DNA of 63,977 bases, filler included, from Porpidia crustulata (lineage: Eukaryota), in the NCBI GenBank assembly GCA_964255105.1. It is 3 parts of 3 records of this genome, joined end to end, with 100 filler letters (N's around TTAATTAATTAA, not from the genome) between each part and the next. Parts side by side here need not be neighbours in the genome. Positions count along the whole stretch, not along the records: positions 1 to 21,724 come from CAXUWE010000099.1; 2 more parts are not named here. One strand, written 5' to 3'. Position numbers and translations under genes: made by a program. Below, in pieces: positions 1 to 15,445 of the stretch; position 1 is the first letter of the stretch; every line of letters begins with the position of its first letter. The notes under the pieces were generated by a model that had not been told where the DNA came from, did not search any database, and was given only the letters and a program-made list of their open reading frames with translations.

Positions 1-235
1 CCTAACCCCTGATCATATCCAGTACCTAGATACAATGAGAAAAGCGGCTCGATACGTTCAACTCGATACCATAGCTAGCGGTCCCTGATCCATAATCGAC
101 CTTTCCATATCCCTCATAGTACACCCCCGATGTCTAGAGCCGCAGTCAGACCCAAAAGATTGTTGATCCCTCCGATTATCGTAAGCCAGATCTCAGAAGA
201 GGTTGGAAGCTTGGTGTGAGAACAAGAATCCTGAA

Positions 236-2306
<2,071 letters not shown>

Positions 2307-3285
2307 CTAGGTATCAGGAACACAATGGCGAAGGCTATATTGATGTGTTGTTGGGCGCGAAGGGTTGGGTTCGGACAGTTGTGGCTGAATCTGAAGAAGT
2401 CGTTTCTGTATAGGATGGACTCGGGCAGAGTGTAGCTGCACAGCCTCAGTGAAGCGACTTCTGGGATCGGATCTGATGCACGCTCGAAGTTCGAAGGTTG
2501 ATGATGGTCGTCTGTAGGGTACAGTACTGCACTCGAGCCAAAACGTGTTTATGCAGACCTGATGCGGTATCTGGTCTGTGCGCCGTAATTGGCCCAAACG
2601 AAGGTATAAGACTTAATAACGCAGCAAACACTCACGTTCAAGAGAAGTGAAGGAAGCAATTCAGACTTCTTCCACCTTGTCAACGTTAAGAGAAAGAGGG
2701 AATTGCAGACTTCGGTGAGGCGCGATCCATGTAGCTTGCTGAGACGCCCGGATGATGCAACGCGAGTGGCTGCAAATCAAGTCTAGTGATGCGGTTGTGG
2801 GGCTATGCCATGCCATATAAAATACCCTCAGTCACTATTTCATTCAATCGTGGGGTATCGGGCGTTAAAAGGTTTGTTGGATGACTAAATAAATCCTCCG
2901 TTTTACTTGGACAATAGATATTGTCGCCAGCGAATGACTAGGAGTAAAGAGTAAACTCCATGACGGTAGAACGAACTCCAGACCCAAATTCTGCAAGGCG
3001 TTTCTCAACCGCATCAATACCGGTTGACAGGAAGGCTGTCTGAGTGTTCGACACATCTGATGGCCTTCGTCATCCTGAAAGTACGGGGAAAATATGTGAT
3101 ATCTCCAACAGCCAATCCCCATCCGATTTCCCACCTTCCACTGTGCATACCCAATTTCAAATGCCAGCACCGCGCTATGCAACCGTCTCTTAGCTGTCTA
3201 GCAGCGGTATGCCAGTCCGTTTTGGCCCCCATGTCCGTGTTCCCATATGTACCGTGTGTGTCTTCCTGTGCAAGTCCTTTTTACA

Positions 3286-5217
3286 TCATTTCGTCCTATT
3301 CCCCATGTGCATTTCCCTCAATCTCGATTTCATCACCTTTCCACTCGCGTTCCTGGGAATCGTATCTACAAACTGTACCCCTCCATCAAGAGCTTTGTAA
3401 CGTGAGAGCTGTGATCCCAGAAATTCTTTCACCTCTGCTTCTGTCACTTCGTCGTCTTCGGCTACGCCATAAGTGGCAGCGGCGCCGTTGGCAAGTTTTG
3501 GTTTGCGGACAACGTATGCGCGTGGGACCTCGCCGGTCCCTTCGGGTACGGGTATACCAATGACTGCGACGTTGACGATTTGAGGATGGGTCAGGAGAAT
3601 GGCCTCCAATTCAGCGGGAGCGACTTGCCAGCCGCGTACTTTGATGAGGTCCTAATTGTCGAACAGTCCGATTTAGCAAAATTACAAAGGGCGAGCAGGT
3701 GTTTCATGCGAACGGACGAACCTTCTTTCGATCGACTATGTACCACTTGCCCCTGTTGCAATAGGCAATATCTCCAGTCCTCATCCAGCCATCGGGGCTG
3801 ACCGAAGCTGCAGTAGCTTTTGGATTATCGAGATAACCAAGCATCATACACGGACCCTTGATGTACAATTCTCCCTCTTTCATGTCTCCCTCAACGAGGT
3901 TGCCGTCCTCGTCCTTGAGACTATGTGCACTGTGATCAGCAACGTCCTTCAATGACCATAGCGCATCAGGCACTGACCACACGCCCATGCCCTGCATGAT
4001 TCTGCCAACGCTACCAGTGTCGTCTTCCTCCGGCCAAGTGAAGAATAGAGCCCAACCTGTCTCGGTCATGCCCCACACCTGTGAGAGCCTCGCTTCTGGG
4101 GCCAACAAAGACCGGAATTCCGCCTGAGTCGAAGCACGCAAGGGGGAACCGGCAGACCAAACATATCGTAGAGATTGTAATTGCTCCTTCGTTGTTGCCG
4201 GCGACATAAGGATGGCGACGATCATCGCCGGCACCATGGGAGCCTCTGTGATTTGGAATCTTTCAATGTCTTGAACGAATTGCTTGGTGTCAAATCTGCG
4301 CATGAGATAGACTGTCTCTCCATATCGTATCGCACAGCCGGAAATCAGTGGCATACCAAAGGCATGGAAAGCAGGAAGACATATGAGACGCCGAACCTAG
4401 GTTCTACCCGTAAGCCCAGTGATGGCATTCCATGCTTGGATTCCTACCTCATAGGGCTTGCCGCGACTTCGGATCCCAAATATCTGGGAGACTGAGTACT
4501 GGTGAGATACCATGGCAGCTTTAGGGAGACCAGTGGTTCCACTCGTAAAGCCCAGTGTCGCGATGGTCGTGCTAGCTTGTTCAGGGGTTTTGAACCTCAC
4601 CCATTCTGCCTCGCCATGATGCAGCAACTCTTGCCATGATCGGTAGCCAGTATATGCACCACGATCCGCGGCATCGAACACGAACAATCTCGAGGTTCGG
4701 ATACCACACTCTGCCGCGGTCTGGACTGCTGTCGAGAGCATGTGCGGTTCGGTGATAAGAAATTTCACGTGTGCCGTTCGGACATGGTGGTTCAATTCGA
4801 TGGAAGTGTAGGCAGGATTCGACCCTGTGTAGCGGGCCCCAGCTCCGATGATGGCCAGGTAGATCAGGGGATAATAGATCTGATCACACTTAGTCTTGCG
4901 TCTGGTTTGTAGCCCAGCCGAGAATCAGGATGTATATATGGTCCTACATCGTTGAAAGAGTGAACGCAAACGCAATCCCCCAATTCCAGTCCCTCGGCTC
5001 TAAATCCCGCGATGAGTTTCCTCACAATGGTGCGGGCGCTCTTAGATGTGACAAAGCGGGAAGGGTCGCCCGCATCAACAAGGACCTAGAAGATTCAGGA
5101 GAAGTCTTAAATAGATGCAGGAATCGGGAGGCTTACTGGCCTGTCTGGGTTACTCTCCACGTCCTCGAATGTATAGGAAAGTAGATCAGTCGGCGCAGGT
5201 TCACATTTCATAATCAT
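3286..5217 (-). CDS. AMP-binding adenylate-forming enzyme, 4-coumarate-CoA-ligase-like (AfeA-like)
   Basis: Motifs FTSGTTGLPKAA, QVWGMTE, GWMRTGDIAY, DRKKDLIKVRGWQV and IPRNASGK. Six exons, with introns about 5086-5136, 4880-4947, 4397-4447, 3921-3977 and 3652-3721. Confidence 0.9.
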
Positions 5218-7104
5218 GATCACGTTACTGTGTGGGCGGTGGTTCCAGCGTATCTGAAAGCGAAGACAAATAATTCGTAGAGCGATATCAGAGATTTGAT
5301 AGCCCGGTCATGTGAAGCAGCTCGCGAGGGATAGGCGCCGCTTGAATTGAATGGCTATCAAAGTGAAGAAATGGGAGCAATTGGCAACGTGCCTAGATCA
5401 GAATTGGGGGCCGATCACAGACGACCACGGGGTCTCGAAATTCGAGGTATGAGTTATGGTGCAGGACAAATCGATGCTCCAGCAGCAATTCTGAACCCGA
5501 GTAGAAGAAGTACCTGCTCCACGGTGTTGGGACCACCCGCTGGGGAAGTGTATCTAACCGCAACAAGATGCGGAGTTCTAGGGAAGTACGCGACGTGACG
5601 ACCAGGAGTCGTGCCCGGGACTTCGAATCTAGCGACGGCACAAACAATGAAAGCGTCTCATCATCAGGCTAGAGAAACCACAGAATTCCGCAATGGAAAT
5701 CCCAGCGACACCATAACTGATGCTCCCCGATCGGTGGAGAAGAGGCCTGAAGGGCACGGGTAACGGGTAGGAGGGAATCCCTCGGTCCCACCGTCGGGCC
5801 CGGGTAGCCTGATGGAGGAGGAAGGTTCCTAAACCGCCAGGGTTTGAGCCATGACAAGAAGGCGAACGGCCCGTGCAGAATAAGCAAGGTCCGCCTCAGA
5901 CTGCTACGTTGTTGGTTCTTAGCTGCACCGACCTTCGGTTCTCATGTGGCGCGCTTGGGACTTTCTCGATTCTTGAAGGACGTCAGGGTTGGTTCTCGAC
6001 TTGACAATCGTGGTCCTGGTAGCCGACCTGAGCGCAATCGGCTAGTCTCTAATGCCCGACCTAAGGTTAGCGCTAGTCATTAATGCCAACTCCGGCTTTG
6101 TATGCCATCCCGTCCTTGACAAGCCGAGGATTTGACGTATCACGTTCAAGGATTCTGAATCCTCTCTCACTTGAAGCGACTTTGCGATGATATTCATTCC
6201 TGCATTTTGTGCTCAATGTAGAATACAGAACTGTGTAAGTTCGAAGTAAAATGACAATGCATCAATGTTGAAATCCGAGATGCTGCACTCAAATCATCAG
6301 CAGGATATGAAGTAGCAATCTACAAATCCTCCCAAATGTTCTCTTGCTAGTTCTTCAAATATCTTCTATCAACCCTTTGCTCGCCAAGAAAAGAATACTC
6401 TACCCAGCTTTGAACAAGGCATTACAGTCGCCTAGTCCATTCCCTCCAAACCCCAGTAAAACACCGACCACGCACGCTAGTCCTGCAGTAGCCTGAGCCT
6501 GCAAAAACACAATTATGTCCGATGTCCGGCAATTATGGAGCAGCCTATTCTGGGTGGGTAGACGATCACCTTCCATGTCTGTTTGTTGACAACAGACATG
6601 GTTATTTGTGGTTAATTTGTTGACAAAAGGAAGTTTTTAAGGTATGTACCTATCTGACGGGTCCTACGGAAGAAATATCATTGCGCAAAGTGCCGCAGCA
6701 CGGAATGGTACCGCCCGTCAGCAGATTGACGGCGAGGATCGATATCGTCTTGGCATTTGCCCACCATGATCCTTCACTTCCCACTACATTTATTTATTCA
6801 CAGATTCATACCTTAATGGAAACAGCTTAGGATGGTTTTGAATGACGCCATCTAGCGAGCATTCTCTATATTGTAGCCTATATACCGAACGTGAAGTAGC
6901 ATGTACAGCAGAAGGACGATCTATGTAAAGTTTCTTTATATATTTACGATGGTCTGTCTTCACAATTTTCATCAACTCATCTAGTGTCGTAGCGGTAGAA
7001 AACCCCGTGGCCTGCAATGAACGTGCCGAAACCATAGAGTCTCAAGGCGCTGTCAACATTGCTCGGAAATCGTAGCACCATAACTCCTTCGATCCTTCTA
7101 TATT

Positions 7105-8843
7105 CTATGAATCCCATATAGGACCGTAAGCCGGAATGCCCCGGCTTTCCATGCCGTAGACCACCTTCCGGGTCAAGGAAGGGTTAGAAATGACAAAGAC
7201 GGCCTCGGCCTTAGATTCGAGGTACAGGTGGTATGTGAGGGCGACCATGTCCGGTCGACCAGAGGCCCGTGTGTTGATGATCATGGCTTGCGGGTCGGCC
7301 TTGACCACGGCCTCCATTATGTTTTCTCCGTACGTCTGCAGAGGATTCGGCGTAGACCACAGAATGCGGCTCGGCACCGGATGCGAGACGAGCATGGACA
7401 GACAGGGACCAATACCGGATCCCGTGGTCACGATGACCACCCTTCGGAATACTGCGGCCATACGAAGGACTCCGGTGATGGGGATGCCGCGGATCCAGTA
7501 GCTGTTCGAAGGTTCCTGGATTTGTTTCTTGGTCCAGTCTCCGGCATCAGAGACAATGAGAGAGAAAGAGGAGCCATCAGCTTCGGGAATAGTGGCAAAT
7601 GCATGCCATTCCGTCAAAGGGTTGTGAGTGATTCGGATCCCCACCACCGGCCCTACTCTCATGTATTTAAAATGTATTCGGATGGCGTGGTTGGATAAAA
7701 CTTCCGGAAATGCTTGAACCTTGNNNNNNNNNNGATCACAAGGAACCAGAATGCCGGAGATTTCACCACCAGTATACCCAGGGATTCCGAGCCAGGGGCC
7801 TTGGACTGTGCGTTTGTGACCAGCAGGATTTCGACCCAGAAAAGAGCGACTGCAATCCATCCAGCAAACCGGTGTACAGCCTCGAAAGCGTTGTGGGACA
7901 CGATGCGGAACCGTGGGATGGCAAAGACGCAAATGCACAGGAAGAGCAGGAGCAGTGCATAGGTGACACCAATAACAGCGGGCTCGACAAACACCCCTGA
8001 AACGTAATCTCTGGTGATCAAAACCGTGTATAGCAGGAACCATACCACAGCAGAAATGCCACATCCGCTATGAACCCCTCCGAAATGGTAGAGCTTCGCT
8101 ATCGAGCGCCGTATCCGAAGGGGAACGGACAACGGTGTCCAACAGCAAACTGTGTAGAGAGCGTTGACCACATACTCCTGCCGGATCAATATCGTACCAA
8201 GGACATTGGCCGCCGCAGCGGTAGCGACGTTAGATAGAGGTGGACCGGATGGATTTGTATTTCGATATGCGACCAGAATAATGATGAAGGCAATCATATT
8301 GGCAACGAAAACGATTGAAAATAAGCGCTGATACACGGCGAGAAGTTTATGTCGTATCCTTCTCCATATTCGTCGCTCACGCTTGTAGGGAAGCTTCGGC
8401 ATCTCGTTGGGCGGGATAGACATTCTCCACGTAGAATTGTAGGACGGCGTACTCGTGTGCGGGACTCGCCTCGGGGGCATGGCATCCGATTTTTCAACGT
8501 CATGCGCACCGAGTTCCTGCTGCACCAACACGGGAGCGACGACTCCCTTCTCTAGGTCATCGGATGAATTGCCGGAGCTCTTGCAGGAAAGCATCTCTTC
8601 AGTCGGGTAACCCATTTCTGTAGCTCTCTTCAAGTCGAGTGATTCAGGGCGGAAGTTGCGCTCTTTGGGCGAGTAGTACGGGGTGCTTCCATTCAACCCT
8701 TCGGCTTTTTCTGACTGAACGTCTCTTGCTGATGGTTCCTCCGTTGCGGTAGTTGTCGAGCCGAGAGTGGATGATATGGCACTGACCCTGTTTGCATCGC
8801 CTGGCGGATCTAGCCCACGCTCGCAGTCTCTGACTTCGTCCAT
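7105..8843 (-). CDS. tmpA: TmpA-like integral membrane flavoprotein (multi-TM region plus FAD/NAD(P)-binding domain)
   Basis: Multi-TM region with KLYHFGGVHSG and HNAFEAVHRFAGW. C-terminal EWHAFA, GDWT, VTTGSGIGPCLS and terminal GPIWDS. The two ORF halves are out of frame only across the 10-N gap at 7724-7733. Confidence 0.8.
7724..7733. other. Assembly gap (10 N) inside the TmpA-like CDS
   Basis: Run of N; the reading frame changes across it. Confidence 0.99.
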
Positions 8844-11643
8844 GGCTCATGGCAGCATCAACCAAAGCAGAATTCAACTGCTGTATCGATGTGAAAGAAT
8901 GAAACCAGGCGACTGAAACGGGTGTTTTGGTAGGAACAATTCACCGCGGGGGGAATGAATATAAAATAATGCAATCGGTTGCTAATTCTGCAGAAAGAGA
9001 CCGCTGACGATGCACGTGGTGACTGGGATGAAACTGCCGGGTTGGATCTTCATCCAGCCTCAACCGTAGAATTGCTACTTTGAGAAGGCACAACGGTCAT
9101 CCATCAGGCGAAGAGCTAGGGTGATCCCTGGGACAAGCGAAATCAAAGTTCAAAGTGCATGAAATTGTAAGAAGCGCTCGAACAGTATTTCCGGCGCGCA
9201 GATGCATATAACAGAAGGGGAATGAGCGTGAGCAGGGAACATGTCTTTAAGAAAGGACGACCCATCGCTGCATGTACTACTGCTATTGACCAAAATAGGT
9301 GATAACAACCTAATAATAATAATGATAATAGTTACCTTAATTAACTTACCTATCACCCTATCTATTCACCCTAGCACCTAGTCCTGGCCCCATGGGGAGA
9401 GACAGAGGAGAAGAACATAAGCGACATGTAGATCAGGTGGTCCAAAGCTAAAGAAACACACTATCACTTACTACCTCGCTGGATGACTGTAGTCACTTTG
9501 TTAGTGCTCAGAGTTAATAACAATCTTACCTCGGTGACGGTGGGTAGTTGGCGTGGAGAGGCATTGGTAGACACGTAGATCCCATCAGTTGGTGAGTGTC
9601 CAGCATTGCGGGGGTTTCGGAAGCGTCTGTGATGCTTCATTAAGGTCCATTCGCCATCTCCGTACTCGCATCATCGACATGCGCAACAGTGCGGCGCAGC
9701 ATACTACTGCTAGAGTGCATCGAGACCTGCATAAGGTAAGCTAGCGCCATGCAAAACAGTTAGACTCGGGCATTTCACACCGTTCGCACAAAACGTGATG
9801 AGGTGATTAGTAAAGTAAATCGACATTTGTGGACCCGACATTTGTGAAGCCATCCGGTAGAACTAGGTAAGTCAGGTACCATAACGGTACGACAGATAGG
9901 CAGGTACCATAACGATAGCTGGAATGGGAGTGTCCGTAGTGTAGGTACTCGAGCCATGTGTCGACGACAACGACGACGACGACGGACGAACCGGACGACA
10001 TCATTATTCACCCCCGATTCCCAATAAGTCAACCGGGGCTAAAATAGGTGGATTAATCTTACCAAGACCCTCCCCAACCTGCAGGTGCTACCTGCTTACC
10101 GCCATGTCCTAAATGATTTGGAAATCTTGTTGCGCGCCGATTGGACATTTATTTTGGCTTAGTCCAGGCATGATTGACAGGGTGGTGAGTGGCTAGGTGG
10201 CTACGCAAGTACCTACTTAGGTACACAGTACGTAAGCCTCGCATGTGGACGCCCCGAGACTGACATGAGCTTAGACCCGTACCCCACACGCTTATCGCCC
10301 CACTTACCTAGGAACTATTTGTGTATGTATGTACCTAGTCGGGTACTCCACCCATGGACGAAATATCAAGGACCGACGTGAACTCGAATACTAGAGATAT
10401 CAAGAGCCATTGGACTTGGATACTATCGATATCAAAAGCTATGTCACGGATGATTAGCATAAGAATCCTGCGAGTAAATGCGACTGTCCTTGCGTTTCTT
10501 GCACTGCGCTGGATATACTATTCTAGGGCTGCGGCTCGATCGTGGAGGTACCTATGCAACAATTGAGCGCTAACATCGCAGGATGCATACCTTGATCTTC
10601 GCAACTTGCCTATTGAGCCTCGGGAGATTGGAAGAGAATAAGCACGTCCAAACTCAAACGCGACATCCAACCGCTTCGCTGCATTAAAGCCACGCACAAC
10701 TCCTCCACAACACTATGTGCTTGGACGTTGCAGAGAACAGCTCACTTAGAGCACAGCTTTCATGGTCTGTGAGGTCTGTAAGCTTCGGTACCGCCGATCC
10801 CTAAGCAGGAGCATGCCATGTAAGGACGTTGACGTCCATTGCAGCTGCGCCATGTCCTGTTCTCTCTCTCTTTCGAGTGTACGTGCAAGAGTCTCGCCCT
10901 GAAGAACTCGTCGGTGCCAACTCATGTGGACCCGACCCATACTGATCAAGATTTGAAATTGCTCGCACGGCTTTGCATGTGCTCTTGAGTGTAGCCTCTG
11001 ATTGTATCACACTCACAAGATCGACCATACATCCACTCACTGGAAAGCTGGGCGTAAGCCTATGAGCCACAAATATAATTAGTGAATCAAGAGCCGAAGC
11101 TGGGTTGAAGGAGCTGTACCAGGAGATTGTGTACTCTGAAAACGTATCTAAGAACACCGGCGTAGTTACAATTGATGGCCTCCTTCAACGAGTCAGGAGT
11201 CGTAGTGAGGCACGCTACTCGGTTCGAGCCACACTCAATAATGTGATGCGTGAAGTACTCCTTCCCATAGTCATAGTACTCGGAAGATGAGGTTGTATAC
11301 TCTTCAGTGCCGACACTGCTCGTCAAACCCTACGCCATACGCATTACTGTCGCTGAATTGCATCAACTGTCAAGTGATTTTTCCATTGTTTATTGAGGAA
11401 CAGTGATGTACATCTCATACTTCCAAGCTCTCAAAGAATAGTATCCGTAAGTCAAGCTCATCTTCCCACTTGGAGTTGCTGTCGTGTCTCAGTCGAATAC
11501 GGGGTCCGAGTTCACGATTGTCACCTGGCTAATCCATGATCTGGCAGCAATCGAGGGGCTTGTGCTGGAATGCAATATGTATGTTCGGACACAATGCTCC
11601 TGGAGCAGATTGATAAGATTAAAGCAATCACAACGCTTCATTA

Positions 11644-11767
11644 CTCGATCCCCCTCAACGGACCACACCCCTCAACGGACTATCCTAGTCAGGACTGGTA
11701 GATAAAACCCCAAACCTACGTGGGACTGTCCGCTGAGGGGTGTGGTCCGTTGAGGGGTGGGAACGAG
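11644..11767. mobile_element. Small foldback/MITE-like element with internally repeated TIRs
   Basis: 11651-11680 (CCCCTCAACGGACCACACCCCTCAACGGAC) is the reverse complement of 11728-11757 at 29/30 positions. Each arm holds two copies of CCCCTCA(A/G)CGGAC. Weaker complementarity extends outward, and TA lies at 11642-11643. Confidence 0.6.
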
Positions 11768-11847
11768 GACAAGTAAAAGCTAGCGCTAGTCAATAATGCA
11801 CTGCCATCGCTTTGAGCTTTGAGCGAGTCGACGTGGTCGGTTTCCTA

Positions 11848-12102
11848 CACCAGGGGGTGTCAAAAGTCAGTGGACTCAGCCCTATCGAGGCATCTCCAGC
11901 CCCACCAAAACATTGAATAGCTATTTACATGAAGTCATCATCATAGATTTGATTTCATAAGCTTACCATCAAAATTTATTAATCAAACGCATCGCCCTGT
12001 ATTTCCTCTATGTTAATTTGGTCGAATTCGAATTCGATGTTTTGATGGGGTTGGAGATGCCTCGGTAGGGCTGAGTCCACTGACTTTTGACACCCCCTGG
12101 TG
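11848..12102. mobile_element. 255-bp MITE-like element with 71-bp terminal inverted repeats (Tc1/mariner-like ends)
   Basis: 11848-11918 and 12032-12102 are reverse complements at 67/71 positions, starting CACCAGGGGGTGTCAAAAGTCAGTGG. The spacer is 113 bp and AT-rich. TA lies immediately left and CTA right. Confidence 0.7.
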
Positions 12103-13590
12103 CTACATTGATATATCTTTACGTCACACTCAAACACAGTGCGTACTGCTATCATTTCGAGTGCAATGCGTTTACCTTCACCAGGCGTGTCACAGTGTCG
12201 CAAAAGCGGGTAGAAAATTGGCGGCTAACCTCCAACACAGATACGTATACCATGTCGGATACATGCAATATTTTGCAATGAGCAGGAATGTGGCAAGACA
12301 TCTTATTCGAGCGATAAAATATTTGGAACTTTCTGCTCACATGTTCTTGTAAATGAATAAGATTCATGAATCGAAAGTTCTCGGTTGGTCAAGGAGAAAA
12401 GTGCATATGAAGTCAGGGTTGACTGATTAGGTGTCGCACTCGCTGGTGTCGTAATCTGATCTGATGATAAAGGAATGGCTTACGTACTGCTTCTGTCGCT
12501 AACGAACCGCGGGTATCGATAATTTTATACGGTAGAAAAACCTAGACCATCTCTAACCAGAATGATATCAAAAGCGACCACATGAGGTAAGCATTTTGTC
12601 CTTTAAGTAAGCAGATCTTCTTCAGTGAAGCCGGGTACTAGATAGTTACTCCGCATTAGCGGACAGCCATTTTCGTGTCCTCGTCGCCGTTCGTTCCGAG
12701 AGCCACGCCCTGCCAATAAAAACCATGGTATGTGGATCTAGGTTTTAGTATCCGAGAGACCGAAACTGGTCTACCATAGATTGTTTACAGTACGGTCTTT
12801 GGCGCTTCTGTTATGTAAATTTTTCTATAGAATACTGATTTATACGGATGAACCCACCCTGGTAGTGATTAGAGTAGTAGTTGTCTGGTGGCCACATTAC
12901 GGCCGTCTAAGCTTCCGGCGCCGGTGTCACAAGGGAAAGTGATAAGATTTGAAGATAATGTTAATTCCTTGTAGTGATATAACAATTGACGTACTCGTGA
13001 TACTATCCTGCGTTTGGTAACATACAAGCGTATCTTATGTTATTTATACTGTCGAGAAAACAAGTTGCACGGACATGGGGGCTTAAATTTCCTTGGCGTC
13101 TGTACTACGTACTAATCTCTGCCACTACCAGAATAATAAGAATAAACCGTTACTTCAAGCAAGAGCCCATTGCCTACAAAAATCGACCCTGGAAGTGCTC
13201 GCGTGCTCAATGTTCTTGGCAGATCAGTGTCATACAACACGTCAGATACCCCTATTGATTGTTTCGTGGAACGAGAGGCAGTTCCCTGCATGGCCAAGCA
13301 TCATTCTAATCTGCTCACGGTAATGTAATTGTCCCGACCACCGGGAGTTTGTAGCTCTCACTCGTATCGCCTTACTTCCCGTGGGAAAGCGCCGGAATTA
13401 CTTGAATCCTACCATCATCATCATTTGTCCATCGATTCCAAGTCGAACTTGACTCAGTGAGCCGTCTCCAAACACTTTCCTTCTCGACCTTGCCATAAAG
13501 GCTCGAATGGTACGGAACGATCCAGCACCCATGGTTTGATGCGTGAGAGGAGCATAAGAGCAAGAGAGAGTGTGCTAGGGCTGCGAGATT

Positions 13591-15033
13591 ATGGCGCCGA
13601 TGTCGTCGGAGAAGAAGAATGTGGTGTGGGCTGATGTTTGTACCCCGTTCCCTGATTCTCAGCCTCAACGCTTAGAATTCTGCAATTACTGACATTCCGC
13701 TCGAATAGGGTCTGCGTGGTGTTGCTTCTGTCCTCGTCGTTACCGCACATATATGTCGTTCGCTGGCACCACATCTTCTCTCTCCATCCATGTCCGATAA
13801 ATTACCACCCATGCTTTTTCAATTACCCTTTATCCGCTGCTTGGTCATGGGCCGCGCCAGCGTAGCCGCGTTCGCTCTTCTTGCCGGCTATGTCAATTCA
13901 CTCAAGCCGATCAAACAGACACGTGCCGGGAACATTGAAGCTGCGTTGACTGGGATAGCAAGAAGCTCGTTCCGTCGGACTGGGCGATTTGTGCTGCCTG
14001 CTGTCATAGCTACAACTCTAAGCTGGCTGGTGTGCCAATTCGGAGCGTACAGGATTGCAAATCTAGCGGACTCGGCTTGGATACGGGACACAAGTCCGGA
14101 GCCAAGTCCATCCTTTTCGGCGGCGTTCTATGACTTATTCGCAAATCTGGGTTCGACTTGGATCGACGGATTCAACGAGTACGACAAAATCCAATGGACC
14201 CTGACGTATTTACTGAAGGGTTCGATGACGACCTACTTGACGTTGATTGCCTTAGCCTATGTGAAGCCAAGGTGGCGCATCGTAATACTCATTGGGCTTT
14301 ACTATTTTACGTGGAAGTGCGGGGACGGTATGTGCATGTGCGCTGCTTAGTGTATATTTTTGTTGCTGATAATAGTCCAGCTCTTGTCGGGTTCAATGTC
14401 TTTTGCGGCATGCTTCTCGCAGAAATTTCTTTGGATCCTGAGGTACAAGAATGGGTTTCAGATCATCCGTATACACGGTCCATCTCATCTACCGCCCTAA
14501 TAATTCTCGGCCTATATTTTTGCTCCTATCCCGAGGAGAACCCTTCCTGGAGTAGCTGGTCAAAGAACCTCGACAACTTTGGTCATTATATATTTCCAAA
14601 AGACGTCGAATACTCGCGGTACTACCCAGGTCTTGGCGTCGACGTTCTTACTGTAGGGGTAATGTTCAATGATACAGCTAAAAAAATTCTTTCTCACTCT
14701 TCGTTATTATGGATGGGCAAAGTGAGCTTTGCGATATATCTACTCCACGCTCCATTAATACGGACTGTCCTCACATGGGTACTGTTCGGATATTCTGTTC
14801 AGCCCGACCGCGGGAAAGATAAGGATGGAAATCAGCTGCCATTGGATTGGTTACCGATAGCAAACCGCTGGGTATGCACGCTCGCGATACCATTATTTTA
14901 CGTCTTTTTATATCGGGTCGCCCAAACCTGGTCTCGGTATGTTGACCCTTGGTGTGCACGAACCACTCAATGGTTTGAAGATCTGGTTTTCAGGGACGAC
15001 GCAAAGCAGGAGAAGCCCATTTTGATATCCTGA
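13591..15033 (+). CDS. Acyltransferase-3 family membrane O-acyltransferase
   Basis: The spliced N-terminus MAPMSSEKKNVVWAD|GLRGVASVLVVTAH restores the DGLRG motif. RRTGRFVLP, QWTL and MGKVSFAIYLLH are present. Introns 13636-13708 and 14328-14380. Confidence 0.88.
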
Positions 15034-15445
15034 AGGGAACGCTGCGTGGCGTACGGCTTATTCTTGCATATTGACGAGCGGGTTGGGATATCCCTTTGAG
15101 CGGGTCTGTTGCCGGAACAGGCGTATCATAAATCACACCCAAGCACAACACTGTATATAGTTCGCCCGTGCATAGAGATGAAAGTCTACATTGACTACTA
15201 CTGCTGAGTTGGGGCACCTGCCATTTCATTCGAATTAAGGTATCCTAATCAGGACAAGAACCTCGAGTAGGGCTGCATGTCGCTTAGATGGGTAGGTTGA
15301 GAGGTGATAATGTAGCTCGGTATGATTCTACCGGGATCAACATGGCATGAACTAGTGATAACAAACGTCTCTCCATGTTGTAAGTATATCTATCATCTTT
15401 GGTCCCTCCAAATCCTCTCCAAAGCTTCCGTGCCGCTTGATCTGA

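Noticed and set aside
7659..8064. Apparent frameshift in the TmpA-like gene
   Set aside because: It coincides exactly with a 10-N gap of unknown true length, so it is not evidence of a pseudogene.
10746..11326. Short overlapping ORFs on both strands
   Set aside because: No recognisable motifs and no coherent exon chain.
13507..13539. Upstream ATG before the acyltransferase gene (MVRNDPAPMV*)
   Set aside because: Not the CDS start; it could be a uORF, but nothing here shows it lies within the transcript.
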